From an uncultured virus (IMG/VR IMGVR_UViG_3300002038_000007) (taxonomy: Duplodnaviria; Heunggongvirae; Uroviricota; Caudoviricetes), in the IMG/VR virus record IMGVR_UViG_3300002038_000007: a stretch of DNA of 64,000 nt, one strand, 5' to 3'. Made by a program: the position numbers and the translations under genes. Numbering within the stretch: the stretch's first letter is position 1; every line of letters begins with the position of its first letter. The notes beneath the pieces are model-generated. The model was not told the origin of the DNA. It did no database searches and worked only from the letters and a program-made list of their open reading frames with translations. Shown piece by piece: positions 36,552 through 44,814 of this stretch.

Positions 36552-36920
36552 CGGCCATGCCCTGCCTTGACTAGCCCTCCTGGCCCCAACCCGCCCTGAC
36601 TAGCCATACTCAGACTTGCCATGCCTGCCAAACCACGCCTTGCCTCTACTGACCGTTCCCGGCCACAACTCACCTCGACCCGTCGCGCCCCGCCTGCCGA
36701 CCTTGCCTTGACTCGCCCGGACAAACCGCACCATGCCTCGACCCGTCGCGCCTAGCCTGCCTCGCCTGGACTTGACTCGACAAACCTTGCCTTTTGCTGC
36801 CAAGCCGCGCCTTGCCTGCCATGACAACCCAACCCCGCCGTGACTTGCCAAACCGCGTCTCGCCTCGCCTGCCATGCCATGCCTTGCCAAACCGCACCAT
36901 GCCTCGCCTGCCATGCCATG
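36552..36920 (-). repeat. GGY-NN pentamer array (putative guide ncRNA), six units delimited by GGCAGGC
   Basis: Minus strand GGC-GA-GGC-AT-GGT-GC-GGT-TT-GGC-AA...; GCCTGCC on + strand at 36623, 36692, 36755, 36814, 36867, 36906. Confidence 0.88.
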
Positions 36921-37403
36921 CTATGCGGCGGCTTGATCGTGCTCGACTTGATCAACCTCACTAAAGACGCGAGCAAGTTCTACCAGGCCTTTATATTTAG
37001 CTTCGAGTCTTCTGAGATCATTTAGCGCATGGGTCAGCACCTCCTTTCGCATCGCGGGGTCCTGGAGAGCGTCATCGACTGACACATACCTTCTGGTCTC
37101 CTCGGCAGGCGCAACGCTCACAAAGGCCCTTATCGGCTGCGCCGCATCCGGTTGGTCTTGATACTTGACAACCACAGCGCCGATAAGCTTTCGAGCTTGC
37201 CAAAGACGATATTGATGAGCAGCTGCCTCGTCATTCCATTGAAACAATTGGTGCAGTGGCGAGGACGTCTTCTCTGCGTCTTTCAGCACAGAGGCTGTTT
37301 CAAGTTTTCCGCCATGCTTGTCTTTAAGTTTGTCCAGATGCGCGCCAATGACCTGAGGGTCTGCGTTATAGCGCGTTCCCTCTGCAAATGCGTAGATCGT
37401 CAT
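36921..37403 (-). CDS. Conserved phage protein, partner of the RAMP gene
   Basis: SPLHQLFQWNDEAAAHQYRLWQARKLI...RAFVSV...RYVSV; ATGA-coupled to the RAMP gene. Confidence 0.75.
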   Translation of the reverse strand: MTIYAFAEGTRYNADPQVIGAHLDKLKDKHGGKLETASVLKDAEKTSSPLHQLFQWNDEAAAHQYRLWQARKLIGAVVVKYQDQPDAAQPIRAFVSVAPAEETRRYVSVDDALQDPAMRKEVLTHALNDLRRLEAKYKGLVELARVFSEVDQVEHDQAAA

Positions 37404-38068
37404 GCTGCTTCTTTCCTGCCAACCAAGGCTTTAACTTCATCTTCTTGGGCGCAATGGAAGAGGCCATACTGACCATCCTTTTCCGGTCGCCACTCACCTA
37501 CACCAACGCCAAATCCAGCGTGGTTAAACAGGTTTAAAATTTGTTCGGGCGACAGAGCGCTTGCATTGAAACGAACAGTCAATGTCACCCACCATGGCCA
37601 ATACTCACCCCGATATCGTATGTCAGCTGTGCCCATGCCTACACGAACCATGTCTTCTCGAATTTGAGGCTTGGATCCTTCTATCCTGACAAGATCGTGT
37701 CGCATAAGAACACCATCAAGAGCGCCTTGAACCATGGCCTGCTCACCAACCACATGAAAGGCTTGGCGAGTGGCAACCTTGGTAACGCCAGCGACCGATG
37801 TCACGGCCGTTACGGCAGCCGTTTTGAAAGCTACTGACGGAAATCCATAGCCGCCACCATCGATCTTGTACAAACTATCCTCGAAGTCAGCGTAAGGGTC
37901 CTTTGCTGATTTTGCTGTCTTGGCCTTCTTGGTCTGCTTGTCCAGCATTTCCTTTTTGGCTTTAAGGCTCCACGCATGAGTGATCAAAGGCGTGTCGCCG
38001 ATTAGCGTGATTTCCATTGTTGGTGTTGTAATTTTTGGCAGCTCGATTGCCGTATCCGTCTTGGCCAT
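37400..38068 (-). CDS. Stand-alone RAMP (Cas7/Csm3-like) protein
   Basis: ITLIGDTPLITH first strand, YGFPSVAFKTA, C-terminal Gly-rich loop AGFGVGVGEWRPEKDGQYGLF; GGAG RBS. Confidence 0.8.
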   Translation of the reverse strand: MAKTDTAIELPKITTPTMEITLIGDTPLITHAWSLKAKKEMLDKQTKKAKTAKSAKDPYADFEDSLYKIDGGGYGFPSVAFKTAAVTAVTSVAGVTKVATRQAFHVVGEQAMVQGALDGVLMRHDLVRIEGSKPQIREDMVRVGMGTADIRYRGEYWPWWVTLTVRFNASALSPEQILNLFNHAGFGVGVGEWRPEKDGQYGLFHCAQEDEVKALVGRKEAA

Positions 38069-38137
38069 TTCTTACTCCATTGATTTTTGTTGTTTGCAAT
38101 TCCGCCGCGCTCTTCATCGCCTTTCACTGTTGGTCGC

Positions 38138-38539
38138 TTAAGCCGATGATATGCTAGAAGGCATTATTTCTTGATTTTGATCAGCAGCGACCTCCGGTGG
38201 ATGTGGCGTTGCCTTCTTGGTAAGCACCTCCTCGATCGTCAGTTTTTTCCAGCCAGCAACCAAGGCAGAATATTGTGCCCATTCTGGCGAATAAGCTTTA
38301 ATAATGTCCCAAAAATTGACAATCCTCCCTTCGTCGGAAAGAGAATAGCCGCCAGTCGGACCTTTTTTAGAAACAAGCCAACCTTTTGAAACCATGTCTT
38401 GGAGGATTGGTTCATAATAACGGGCCGCTCTGTTATTTGCTGCCGCGATGACATCCCGCTGTGTAAGCGCCGTGCCGTCTTGGATACCTCGCAAAGTAAC
38501 CAAAACTTCGCATGCACTCAGAACCTTTTTTCCAATCAT
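38138..38539 (-). CDS. Rrf2-family transcriptional regulator
   Basis: YYEPILQDMVSKGWLVSKKGPTGGYSL; no Fe-S Cys triad. Confidence 0.8.
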   Translation of the reverse strand: MIGKKVLSACEVLVTLRGIQDGTALTQRDVIAAANNRAARYYEPILQDMVSKGWLVSKKGPTGGYSLSDEGRIVNFWDIIKAYSPEWAQYSALVAGWKKLTIEEVLTKKATPHPPEVAADQNQEIMPSSISSA

Positions 38540-38542
38540 GAT

Positions 38543-40055
38543 TTAATCCAGAGCTGGAATGTTAGCCAAGCGGTCATTAAGAGCATCCATTCGGCTTTGG
38601 ATGTTACGCAAAGAGGATGTGGTTGGTCCAAACCTCTCCTCGACAAGAGATCCAACTTCGCTGAGGGCGCTTCTAAGCAAGCCTTCGTTTAGGGAACCAG
38701 CGTCTTGGTGCGCCTGAAGGCCGTTGATCGCCGTTTGAATTCCAAGACCGGCATCTTCCAGCGCCGCAATGGAGGATTTCAATTCTTCATAGGTAGCTTG
38801 AGCCCTGGAAGATGCGTTCCGTAGCTCAACCACGTTCTTCGCCAAACCCGCAATCGCCATTGCTTGATCGGCGTTCCGGCTGTAGGTGGACCAAGCCAAG
38901 CCTGCGGCAATGGCGGCGGCGACAAGGGAGCCAATGACCCAAAAGGGTGTGTCCCCGCTTCCTTCTGGCCGGATCCCATGATAGGGGGCTGGCCAATTGT
39001 TGGCTTCTTTTTGTTGGTTTGTCTCAATGTTCATTGCAGTTTATGGCCTTATCGATCGGGTTTGGGATTTTCTTATCTCGACTGGTTAGGGGGAGGTGAT
39101 AGGGTTCCGTTCCTGTTGCCCAAGGCGTGGGTGGTTGTTGTCGTTCCTCGATATGCTCTCTAATGCGAAGAAACAGCGCTGCCAGCGCTCGCTCGATCAA
39201 AGGTGAATGTTGATTTTCAGCAAAAGCGGCTGCTGGCAGCAAAAAGAGGGAGATGGCCAGAAAGACCCTCACCACTAAATTGGGTTTGTCTGAGCGATAA
39301 TCACGAGCGCTACATCAAACTTTGGCGCTTCGCTAATTGACGACAAACCTAATTCATCCATGCGCGCATGATTGGCCCAAATGACGTAGTCATCGTCGAT
39401 CTTTCTGGTCACAGCCAAAAGTTTCTGGTTGCGATAGACCTCCCAGCACTGGCCCCATGGTGTGGTGACCGGACGAGCCTCGAGACCGTATCCGTAACGC
39501 GCGGTACGGATTGGAACCGGTGTATCCCTGGCAGGCTCATTTGGCCTGCGCCAATAGCGCTCATGACGCGACGGAAAGGTTATTGAGGTCGGCAGATGCG
39601 GTCTTGAGGCCGTTGTGTGCCATCACCGCTATGGCCCGCAGGCTTGGCGGTGTGTTGGCATCATCAAGAAGGGCGGCCACCGCCAGTCTCGCTTCAATGG
39701 TTTTGATTTCAACGTCAGAAAATAAGCCAGTGGCTTTGCGGCTGCCATAGGTGTGGCCGCCATAGGTTAGGGCGCACTGGGTTAAGGCGTCCTCGATGGC
39801 TGCATCGAGACTAGGCGCGTAGGTGTAGATATTGTCTGGGTGCGTTTCGCTGATGCTTGGGTGATGGTGGTTGCCAAGATGCCAGTAGTAACGAGGGGTA
39901 CCTCCGTGGCCCAGATTGTCGGTCTTGACAAATCCGAGTTGCCCACGGTCGGTGATGTTTTCATAAGGCCCTGTGATGGACCCGTCGATCTCAACGGTCC
40001 ACGGCCCGCGGCTCACAGGCGAGTCCATAATGCTACAGCCTGGCAAAAATTGCAT
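38543..40055 (-). other. Leftward early operon hypothetical genes (38543-39034 TM plus coiled coil, 39024-39275, 39561-40055)
   Basis: Co-oriented ORFs downstream of an AT-rich promoter region near 40100-40140. Confidence 0.5.
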
Positions 40056-40097
40056 GATGTCGGTCCTTTTGCTCGTCCACCGGAAGGTGATACTCTA

Positions 40098-40141
40098 TTT
40101 ATCTAACAGATTGTTTATCTAACAGACTGTCATATTGTCAA
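40098..40141 (-). promoter_or_regulatory. Leftward promoter/operator region
   Basis: TTGACA on minus strand at 40136-41; direct repeat TTTATCTAACAGA (40098, 40114); TAACAGACTGTCA palindrome. Confidence 0.6.
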
Positions 40142-40299
40142 TGAGAAAAAACAATTACGTTTGTAAAATCGCGCATCGCGTGAGTTATTAAATCGCGTAA
40201 TGCGTTAGTATCATTTTCCAAAAAAAAACTGTTGTGCTTGTGGATAAATTGCGCAAAAACAAGCGCTCTTTTGATTAAATAACCGAAAAGAAAGAACTA

Positions 40300-40599
40300 A
40301 TGGCGACCTCAGTTGAAACCCACTCAAGCCTTTCCGCCGTCATTTCGACACTTACAGCCGAGTATATGAACACATCAGGAATGGATGTTTTTACTGTGGC
40401 GGAAAGAATACAAAAAATGCAATCTGAACTTATTGATAATTACATTTCTTCAAGTGATACATTAACTGTAGGTGTCGACCATGCCGCGGACAAACTTGTT
40501 ATGACGCTCAATATGCTTGACTTGGATGACGAAGATCCGCTTGAGCGGGCGCATAAGCAAAATTTAACGCTCGCTGTGGATACCCTTCGCAGCCTCTAA
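40300..40599 (+). CDS. Hypothetical protein in immunity region (AT-rich)
   Basis: 99-aa ORF convergent with the repressor. Confidence 0.45.
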   Translation: MATSVETHSSLSAVISTLTAEYMNTSGMDVFTVAERIQKMQSELIDNYISSSDTLTVGVDHAADKLVMTLNMLDLDDEDPLERAHKQNLTLAVDTLRSL

Positions 40600-40944
40600 G
40601 GTGGCTGAGATGTCCCGGATTGATTTAGTGAGGAGGGGAGAGGCTTCCTTTGCCTTCATATCACCACACACTATCCAAGCAGCACCAACGCCGAGCGCTT
40701 CGATTAGCGCTGGCAGTTTGTGGATCTCCGGTGTCCTGCGTCCAGCTTCCCAGGCGCTCCAAACGTCCCTGTTATATTTAAAATGGTCAGCCGCGGCGAT
40801 GGCCGTTTCGTAACCAAGCGCCAAACGCGTGATCACCAAGCGCTCACCAAAGCCTGTGCGATAGGCCTGCCTTTCCAACTTGTCCAAATCTGCGCTCGCT
40901 ACCACTGGAATCCTCTGCTTATTTCTTAGCAGCACATTATGCAT
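40564..40944 (-). CDS. CI-like XRE repressor
   Basis: FGERLVITRLALG...WSAWEAGRRTP...LIEALGVGAAWIVCG; divergent from 41019. Confidence 0.8.
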   Translation of the reverse strand: MHNVLLRNKQRIPVVASADLDKLERQAYRTGFGERLVITRLALGYETAIAAADHFKYNRDVWSAWEAGRRTPEIHKLPALIEALGVGAAWIVCGDMKAKEASPLLTKSIRDISATLEAAKGIHSER

Positions 40945-41018
40945 AACAGCTTGTTAAATGCAAATAAGCGCAGATCCCTCTTGATAGTCTGACAGTCTGT
41001 TATGTAGAGTGCCTCCTT

Positions 41019-41327
41019 ATGTCTGAACAACGATCAAAAAAGAACGGCCGCGAGAAGCTGACTGTAGGGCATCTGGTTCGTGCTTTCGGCGGAAACGCAG
41101 CATTTATCGAGGCGCTCAATCGACAGGTTCAAAAGCATGCGGGCAAAAACTCGCCAAAGTTGAAATTTGTCAACCTCGATATCATCATGAACCGGGGCTA
41201 TATCCCGGCTAAATGGGCCTGGTGGGTCCGTAATGCCATGGAAGAGAGCGATATCAAGGCCGTCAAGGCGATCACTCCTGAGGATTTGGAGAGAGCCGAG
41301 CTAATCCCATTACCGTACAACCGATGA
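41019..41327 (+). CDS. Cro-like protein
   Basis: LVRAFGGNAAF...RGYIPAKW; divergent from repressor with shared operator motifs. Confidence 0.55.
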   Translation: MSEQRSKKNGREKLTVGHLVRAFGGNAAFIEALNRQVQKHAGKNSPKLKFVNLDIIMNRGYIPAKWAWWVRNAMEESDIKAVKAITPEDLERAELIPLPYNR

Positions 41328-41535
41328 GGACCGACAATGTCAAACAAGACGCCCAAAACATGCGTCATTTGTGGAAAGCCCGCCCATGATGACGATTTAA
41401 CCGCCATTACCTTTTTGGATGGAAAACCCAGGCACCTCGCTTGCGTTTCCAAGCAACAGGCAGAGCAAGGGAAGGAGTCATCATGAGATTTTCCCTCCCT
41501 GCAACACAGCAGCGCGCGCAATACGAGAGCCGATC

Positions 41536-41886
41536 ATGAGTGGGGTATCAGCCGCCCGCATGATCGGTGGGAACTGCGATCATCGCGTCAAGGATGACTT
41601 CTACCCAACACCCGATGAGGTGACCAAAGCCCTCATCCGAGAGTGGCCCGACATGGGGTCACATATTTGGGAGTGCGCTTGTGGTGATGGCGCCATGAGC
41701 AAGGTGCTCGAGCGGTCTGGCAAGACCGTCGTTTCCACTGATCTTGTTGATCGTGGTTATGGGCAAGGCGGCGTCGATTTTTTAATGGAGACGTCTTCAT
41801 TAGCACCAGCCATTGTCCCTCAAGTGGTCGAGATGATCGGTCATGCCATCCTTGCAAATGAAGCAGCGCAGGAGTCATCAGCATGA
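41536..41886 (+). pseudogene. Truncated or chimeric DNA methyltransferase
   Basis: DDFYPTP, WECACGDG, STDLVDRGYG, VDFL but no NPP(F/Y); ends AIVPQVVEMIGHAI like a C5-MTase tail. Confidence 0.6.
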
Positions 41887-42314
41887 GTATCGCCGCCGAC
41901 AACCGCCTGTCCGCTGCCGATTATCTGAAAGAGGTTGGAAGCAATGGCGCTGGGCCAGCGCCTGTTCCTGGCAAGCCAAAGAAGAACAAATGGAGAAATA
42001 AACCTACTTGGTATGAAAGCCCAACCGTAGGGCTTATGCGCTTTGACAGCAAACGTGAGGCGACGAGGGCGCGGTATCTCGACACCCTTGCGCTTACTGG
42101 AAAAATCACCGCCTGGTGGTCTCAATATCCGATTTACTGTGGCTTCGATAATGATAATGGCAGCCCATGCCGCATGATGGTGGATTTTAAAATTTTATGG
42201 ACCGATGGCAGCGTTACCTATGAAGACGCCAAAGGACCAAAGCCCACCCAAGATTGGATTCTTAAGCGCAAAGCAGTTCGCGATCTTCATAGCATCGACG
42301 TCACGACGGTGTAG
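41883..42314 (+). CDS. DUF1064-like PD-(D/E)xK nuclease
   Basis: NKWRNKP, FDSKREA, VDF...YEDAKG...LKRK. Confidence 0.8.
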   Translation: MSIAADNRLSAADYLKEVGSNGAGPAPVPGKPKKNKWRNKPTWYESPTVGLMRFDSKREATRARYLDTLALTGKITAWWSQYPIYCGFDNDNGSPCRMMVDFKILWTDGSVTYEDAKGPKPTQDWILKRKAVRDLHSIDVTTV

Positions 42315-42319
42315 ATGAC

Positions 42320-42607
42320 ATGGCTTACGTATCCCGCGTTGACACCATAGACAAGCCTGATCCGGCAAAGGCCCCGCTTGACGACTTCGAAGCGCTCGTC
42401 GAGGTCACGGCGGTCGCCCTGACAGCAGGGATGAACCCGGACGACCCGGAGCACTCCACTCACCCAGACGATCGCCTCATCGACGTTGAGGCTTGGGTCA
42501 AACGGAATTTCAAAGAACAACGGATCACCGCACGACAAATGAAAGCGATCCGAGAAACTTTTGGTTTGGAACACGTTGACGAGGATACCAAGGAGTCAAT
42601 TCCATGA
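42320..42607 (+). CDS. Hypothetical protein
   Basis: Coupled 95-aa ORF. Confidence 0.5.
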   Translation: MAYVSRVDTIDKPDPAKAPLDDFEALVEVTAVALTAGMNPDDPEHSTHPDDRLIDVEAWVKRNFKEQRITARQMKAIRETFGLEHVDEDTKESIP

Positions 42608-42957
42608 CACCTATTTTTGTTTTTGGCTCAAACCTTGCTGGCCGTCACGGCAAGGGTGCTGCGCTGTTTGCGAAGAATAATCGAGGCGCAGTCTACGGGC
42701 AGGGCATCGGGCTCCAAGGTTCGTCATACGCAATACCAACCAAAGACAAAAACCTGAGGACGCTACCGCTTGATGAGATTAGCGGTTACGTCGATGAGTT
42801 TTTACAATTCGCAGAGTCTCACCCCGAAATGTCGTTTGAAGTGACGGCTATAGGGACCGGGCTTGCTGGGTACGACCATGGCCAAATAGGTCCAATGTTC
42901 GCTAGCGCGCCCCAAAATTGCATTCTACCAAAAGAATGGCGCCTCTACGCCGAGTAA
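42604..42957 (+). CDS. A1S_2505-like phage protein (macro-domain related)
   Basis: IFVFGSNLAGRHGKGAA...SYAIPTK...VTAIGTGLAG. Confidence 0.8.
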   Translation: MTPIFVFGSNLAGRHGKGAALFAKNNRGAVYGQGIGLQGSSYAIPTKDKNLRTLPLDEISGYVDEFLQFAESHPEMSFEVTAIGTGLAGYDHGQIGPMFASAPQNCILPKEWRLYAE

Positions 42958-43122
42958 GAAAAGAAACGACAGAATGGAATCGTCATTGACAAATAATAGG
43001 CGTTGGACGTATGCTGCTGATTGTGCAGAGATTGACAGCTCTGGAAAGCAAGATCAGCGGCGCAGCGTCCAACGCGCCAGAGGTTCATCTGAGCGTGTTT
43101 TTTTGTGCTTGGATGCACGATA

Positions 43123-43208
43123 TGGTCGGACGCAACGGGACCCTCGGGGTGCCGGAAATTCGCAGCCGCTGAGCGAGCTACCGGTCTGTCACCCGGAACG
43201 TCCGGCCA
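43123..43208 (+). ncRNA. C4-like antisense RNA
   Basis: Closing stem TGGTCGGACG/CGTCCGGCCA, internal CCCTCGGG and ACCGGTCTGTCACCC; complementary TCAGCGG sites upstream and downstream; TTGACA promoter at 42986. Confidence 0.6.
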
Positions 43209-43257
43209 CCAGACTTATAACAGAGTCTGCTGACCGGCTAATCAGCGGACCCGCTTG

Positions 43258-44469
43258 ATGACTTCGCTTCCCTTCATGCCTTTGGCTGTAGAAGCTTATA
43301 TCACCGACACAAGTCATCTCGATGATGGCGAGCAAGGTCGATACATAAGCCTTCTTTTACGCATGTGGGTTTCTCCAAATCAGCGCATACCAAATGACGA
43401 TAATTGGATCGCAAAGAGATTTCATCGCACTGATGATGACGTCAAAAACCTATGGCGCCCGATCATCAAAGAGTTTCTCAAATGCGATGGAAATTGGATT
43501 TACAGCAAAAGACTCCAAGAAGAATACCAAAAAGCCGTAAAACGGTCGCAAAAACAAAGCGATCGGGCTAAGTCACGGTGGAATAAGGAAAAATCCAAAA
43601 CCCATGGCATTGCAACGCCTGCATTGCAGGATGTAACGCCGCGGCATGTGCAAGGACACATGTGTGACGAGGAAGATGGAATCGCCGATTCGGACAACCC
43701 TTTGAATGAAAAGAGTTTAGGCGACAGCCGCGGGAATGCACCTACACTTACACCTACACTTACACCTATAGATTCAGAGTCTCATACAGACTCAGAGTCT
43801 CCTAAAAAAGACTCAGAGAATGATAATACCATTTGTCCAGCTGCGCCGGACGAACCGGAAAAACCATTCGAAGATTTCGACGACTTTTGGAAGTGCTGGA
43901 GACTGGCCGGCGCCAAGCGGGGCAGTAAGCCCAGGTCAAAACAGCTGTACGAAAAAATCACCCGCTCAAGAAAACGATCCCACCAAGAACTTTGTGCAGA
44001 TGTGGAACGCCTTCAGCGATTTTACGAAACAAACGGAACCGAGGTTTCGAAAATGCTGCATCCAGCAACCTGGCTTTACCAGGAGCGTTGGAACGACGAA
44101 CTTGTAGGCGACACACTTAACGGAGATTCCCATGGCCGACAGGGATCAAAATCATCTCGCGCTGGTATCACCCACCGGCTCGATCAGTACCGAGCAGCTC
44201 CGCTTGACGACGGTGGAGGAGGCCGCACAATTTCTGGAGATTATGTGGTCCACGATGAGGGTGAGCCAGCACCAGGAGATCCACGAACAACAGATCGTGG
44301 ATTATTTCATGGCGATGATGACCAAAACGCCGTTCCCGCAAACAGAACGGGCCGTCAAGCATCTGCTAGCAACGGAGGATTGGTTTCCGACGCCGGCTGG
44401 TTTCCAGAGGGCGAGGTTTCACCGGGAGATCAACCCCATGTTTCGGGTCGAATAGGACGCCGGAGATGA
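43258..44469 (+). CDS. Replication initiator (YdaU/DUF1376 N-terminus) with internal iterons
   Basis: LPFMPL...YITDTSHL...EQGRY..LL..MW; FDDFW; HPATWLYQERWNDE. Confidence 0.85.
   Translation: MTSLPFMPLAVEAYITDTSHLDDGEQGRYISLLLRMWVSPNQRIPNDDNWIAKRFHRTDDDVKNLWRPIIKEFLKCDGNWIYSKRLQEEYQKAVKRSQKQSDRAKSRWNKEKSKTHGIATPALQDVTPRHVQGHMCDEEDGIADSDNPLNEKSLGDSRGNAPTLTPTLTPIDSESHTDSESPKKDSENDNTICPAAPDEPEKPFEDFDDFWKCWRLAGAKRGSKPRSKQLYEKITRSRKRSHQELCADVERLQRFYETNGTEVSKMLHPATWLYQERWNDELVGDTLNGDSHGRQGSKSSRAGITHRLDQYRAAPLDDGGGGRTISGDYVVHDEGEPAPGDPRTTDRGLFHGDDDQNAVPANRTGRQASASNGGLVSDAGWFPEGEVSPGDQPHVSGRIGRRR
43739..43819 (+). repeat. Putative origin iterons
   Basis: CACCTACACTTA about 2.5 copies, then GA(T/C)TCAGAG three times. 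Confidence 0.6.
44132..44455 (+). CDS. Helicase loader/inhibitor-like protein nested in the initiator ORF
   Basis: GGAG RBS; AVKHLLATEDWFPTPA resembles G39P-like loaders. Confidence 0.55.
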   Translation: MADRDQNHLALVSPTGSISTEQLRLTTVEEAAQFLEIMWSTMRVSQHQEIHEQQIVDYFMAMMTKTPFPQTERAVKHLLATEDWFPTPAGFQRARFHREINPMFRVE

Positions 44470-44472
44470 TCA

Positions 44473-44814
44473 ATGGCAACCATCATTCAGCGCCTGCAGG
44501 CCATGGGCATTGCTGTGGTCAAACAGGGAATTTTCCGTTTGATCTGTCCTTGGTGCGCCCACAAGCGCAAGCCGCAGAACCGCAAAAAACGCACGCTCAA
44601 AGTTTGGGTCGAACCGACCAGAGCAGGTTGGTATTGCCATCACTGCAGCGAAAAGAACGGGATTTTTAGTGATGACCAATCAGGCCAACGTAACACCGGG
44701 CAAGGCGCTTACCGAAAGCGCAATGCAGGGGCTCCAAAATCGTTCTATCGATCTGGAACTGGCCAGTCAGTTTGGGGTGGTCAGCGCCAAACCAAGCTGG
44801 CGTATCGCGCCTGA
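44473..44814 (+). CDS. Primase Zn-binding domain protein
   Basis: CPWCAHKRK...WYCHHC. Confidence 0.7.
   Translation: MATIIQRLQAMGIAVVKQGIFRLICPWCAHKRKPQNRKKRTLKVWVEPTRAGWYCHHCSEKNGIFSDDQSGQRNTGQGAYRKRNAGAPKSFYRSGTGQSVWGGQRQTKLAYRA

Noticed and set aside
36552..36920. Calling the array a CRISPR
   Set aside because: No 23-50 bp direct repeats with unique spacers, and no cas1/cas2
36552..36920. Self-targets of the NN guides inside this window
   Set aside because: None found by eye; a gapped computational search is needed, so no target is claimed
36437..36976. Arg/Gly/Ala-rich ORFs in several frames
   Set aside because: Artefacts of the stop-poor 5-nt periodic array; a period of 5 does not fit codon structure
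42974..43258. 94-aa ORF upstream of the initiator
   Set aside because: It overlaps the promoter and the C4-like RNA; no recognisable protein features
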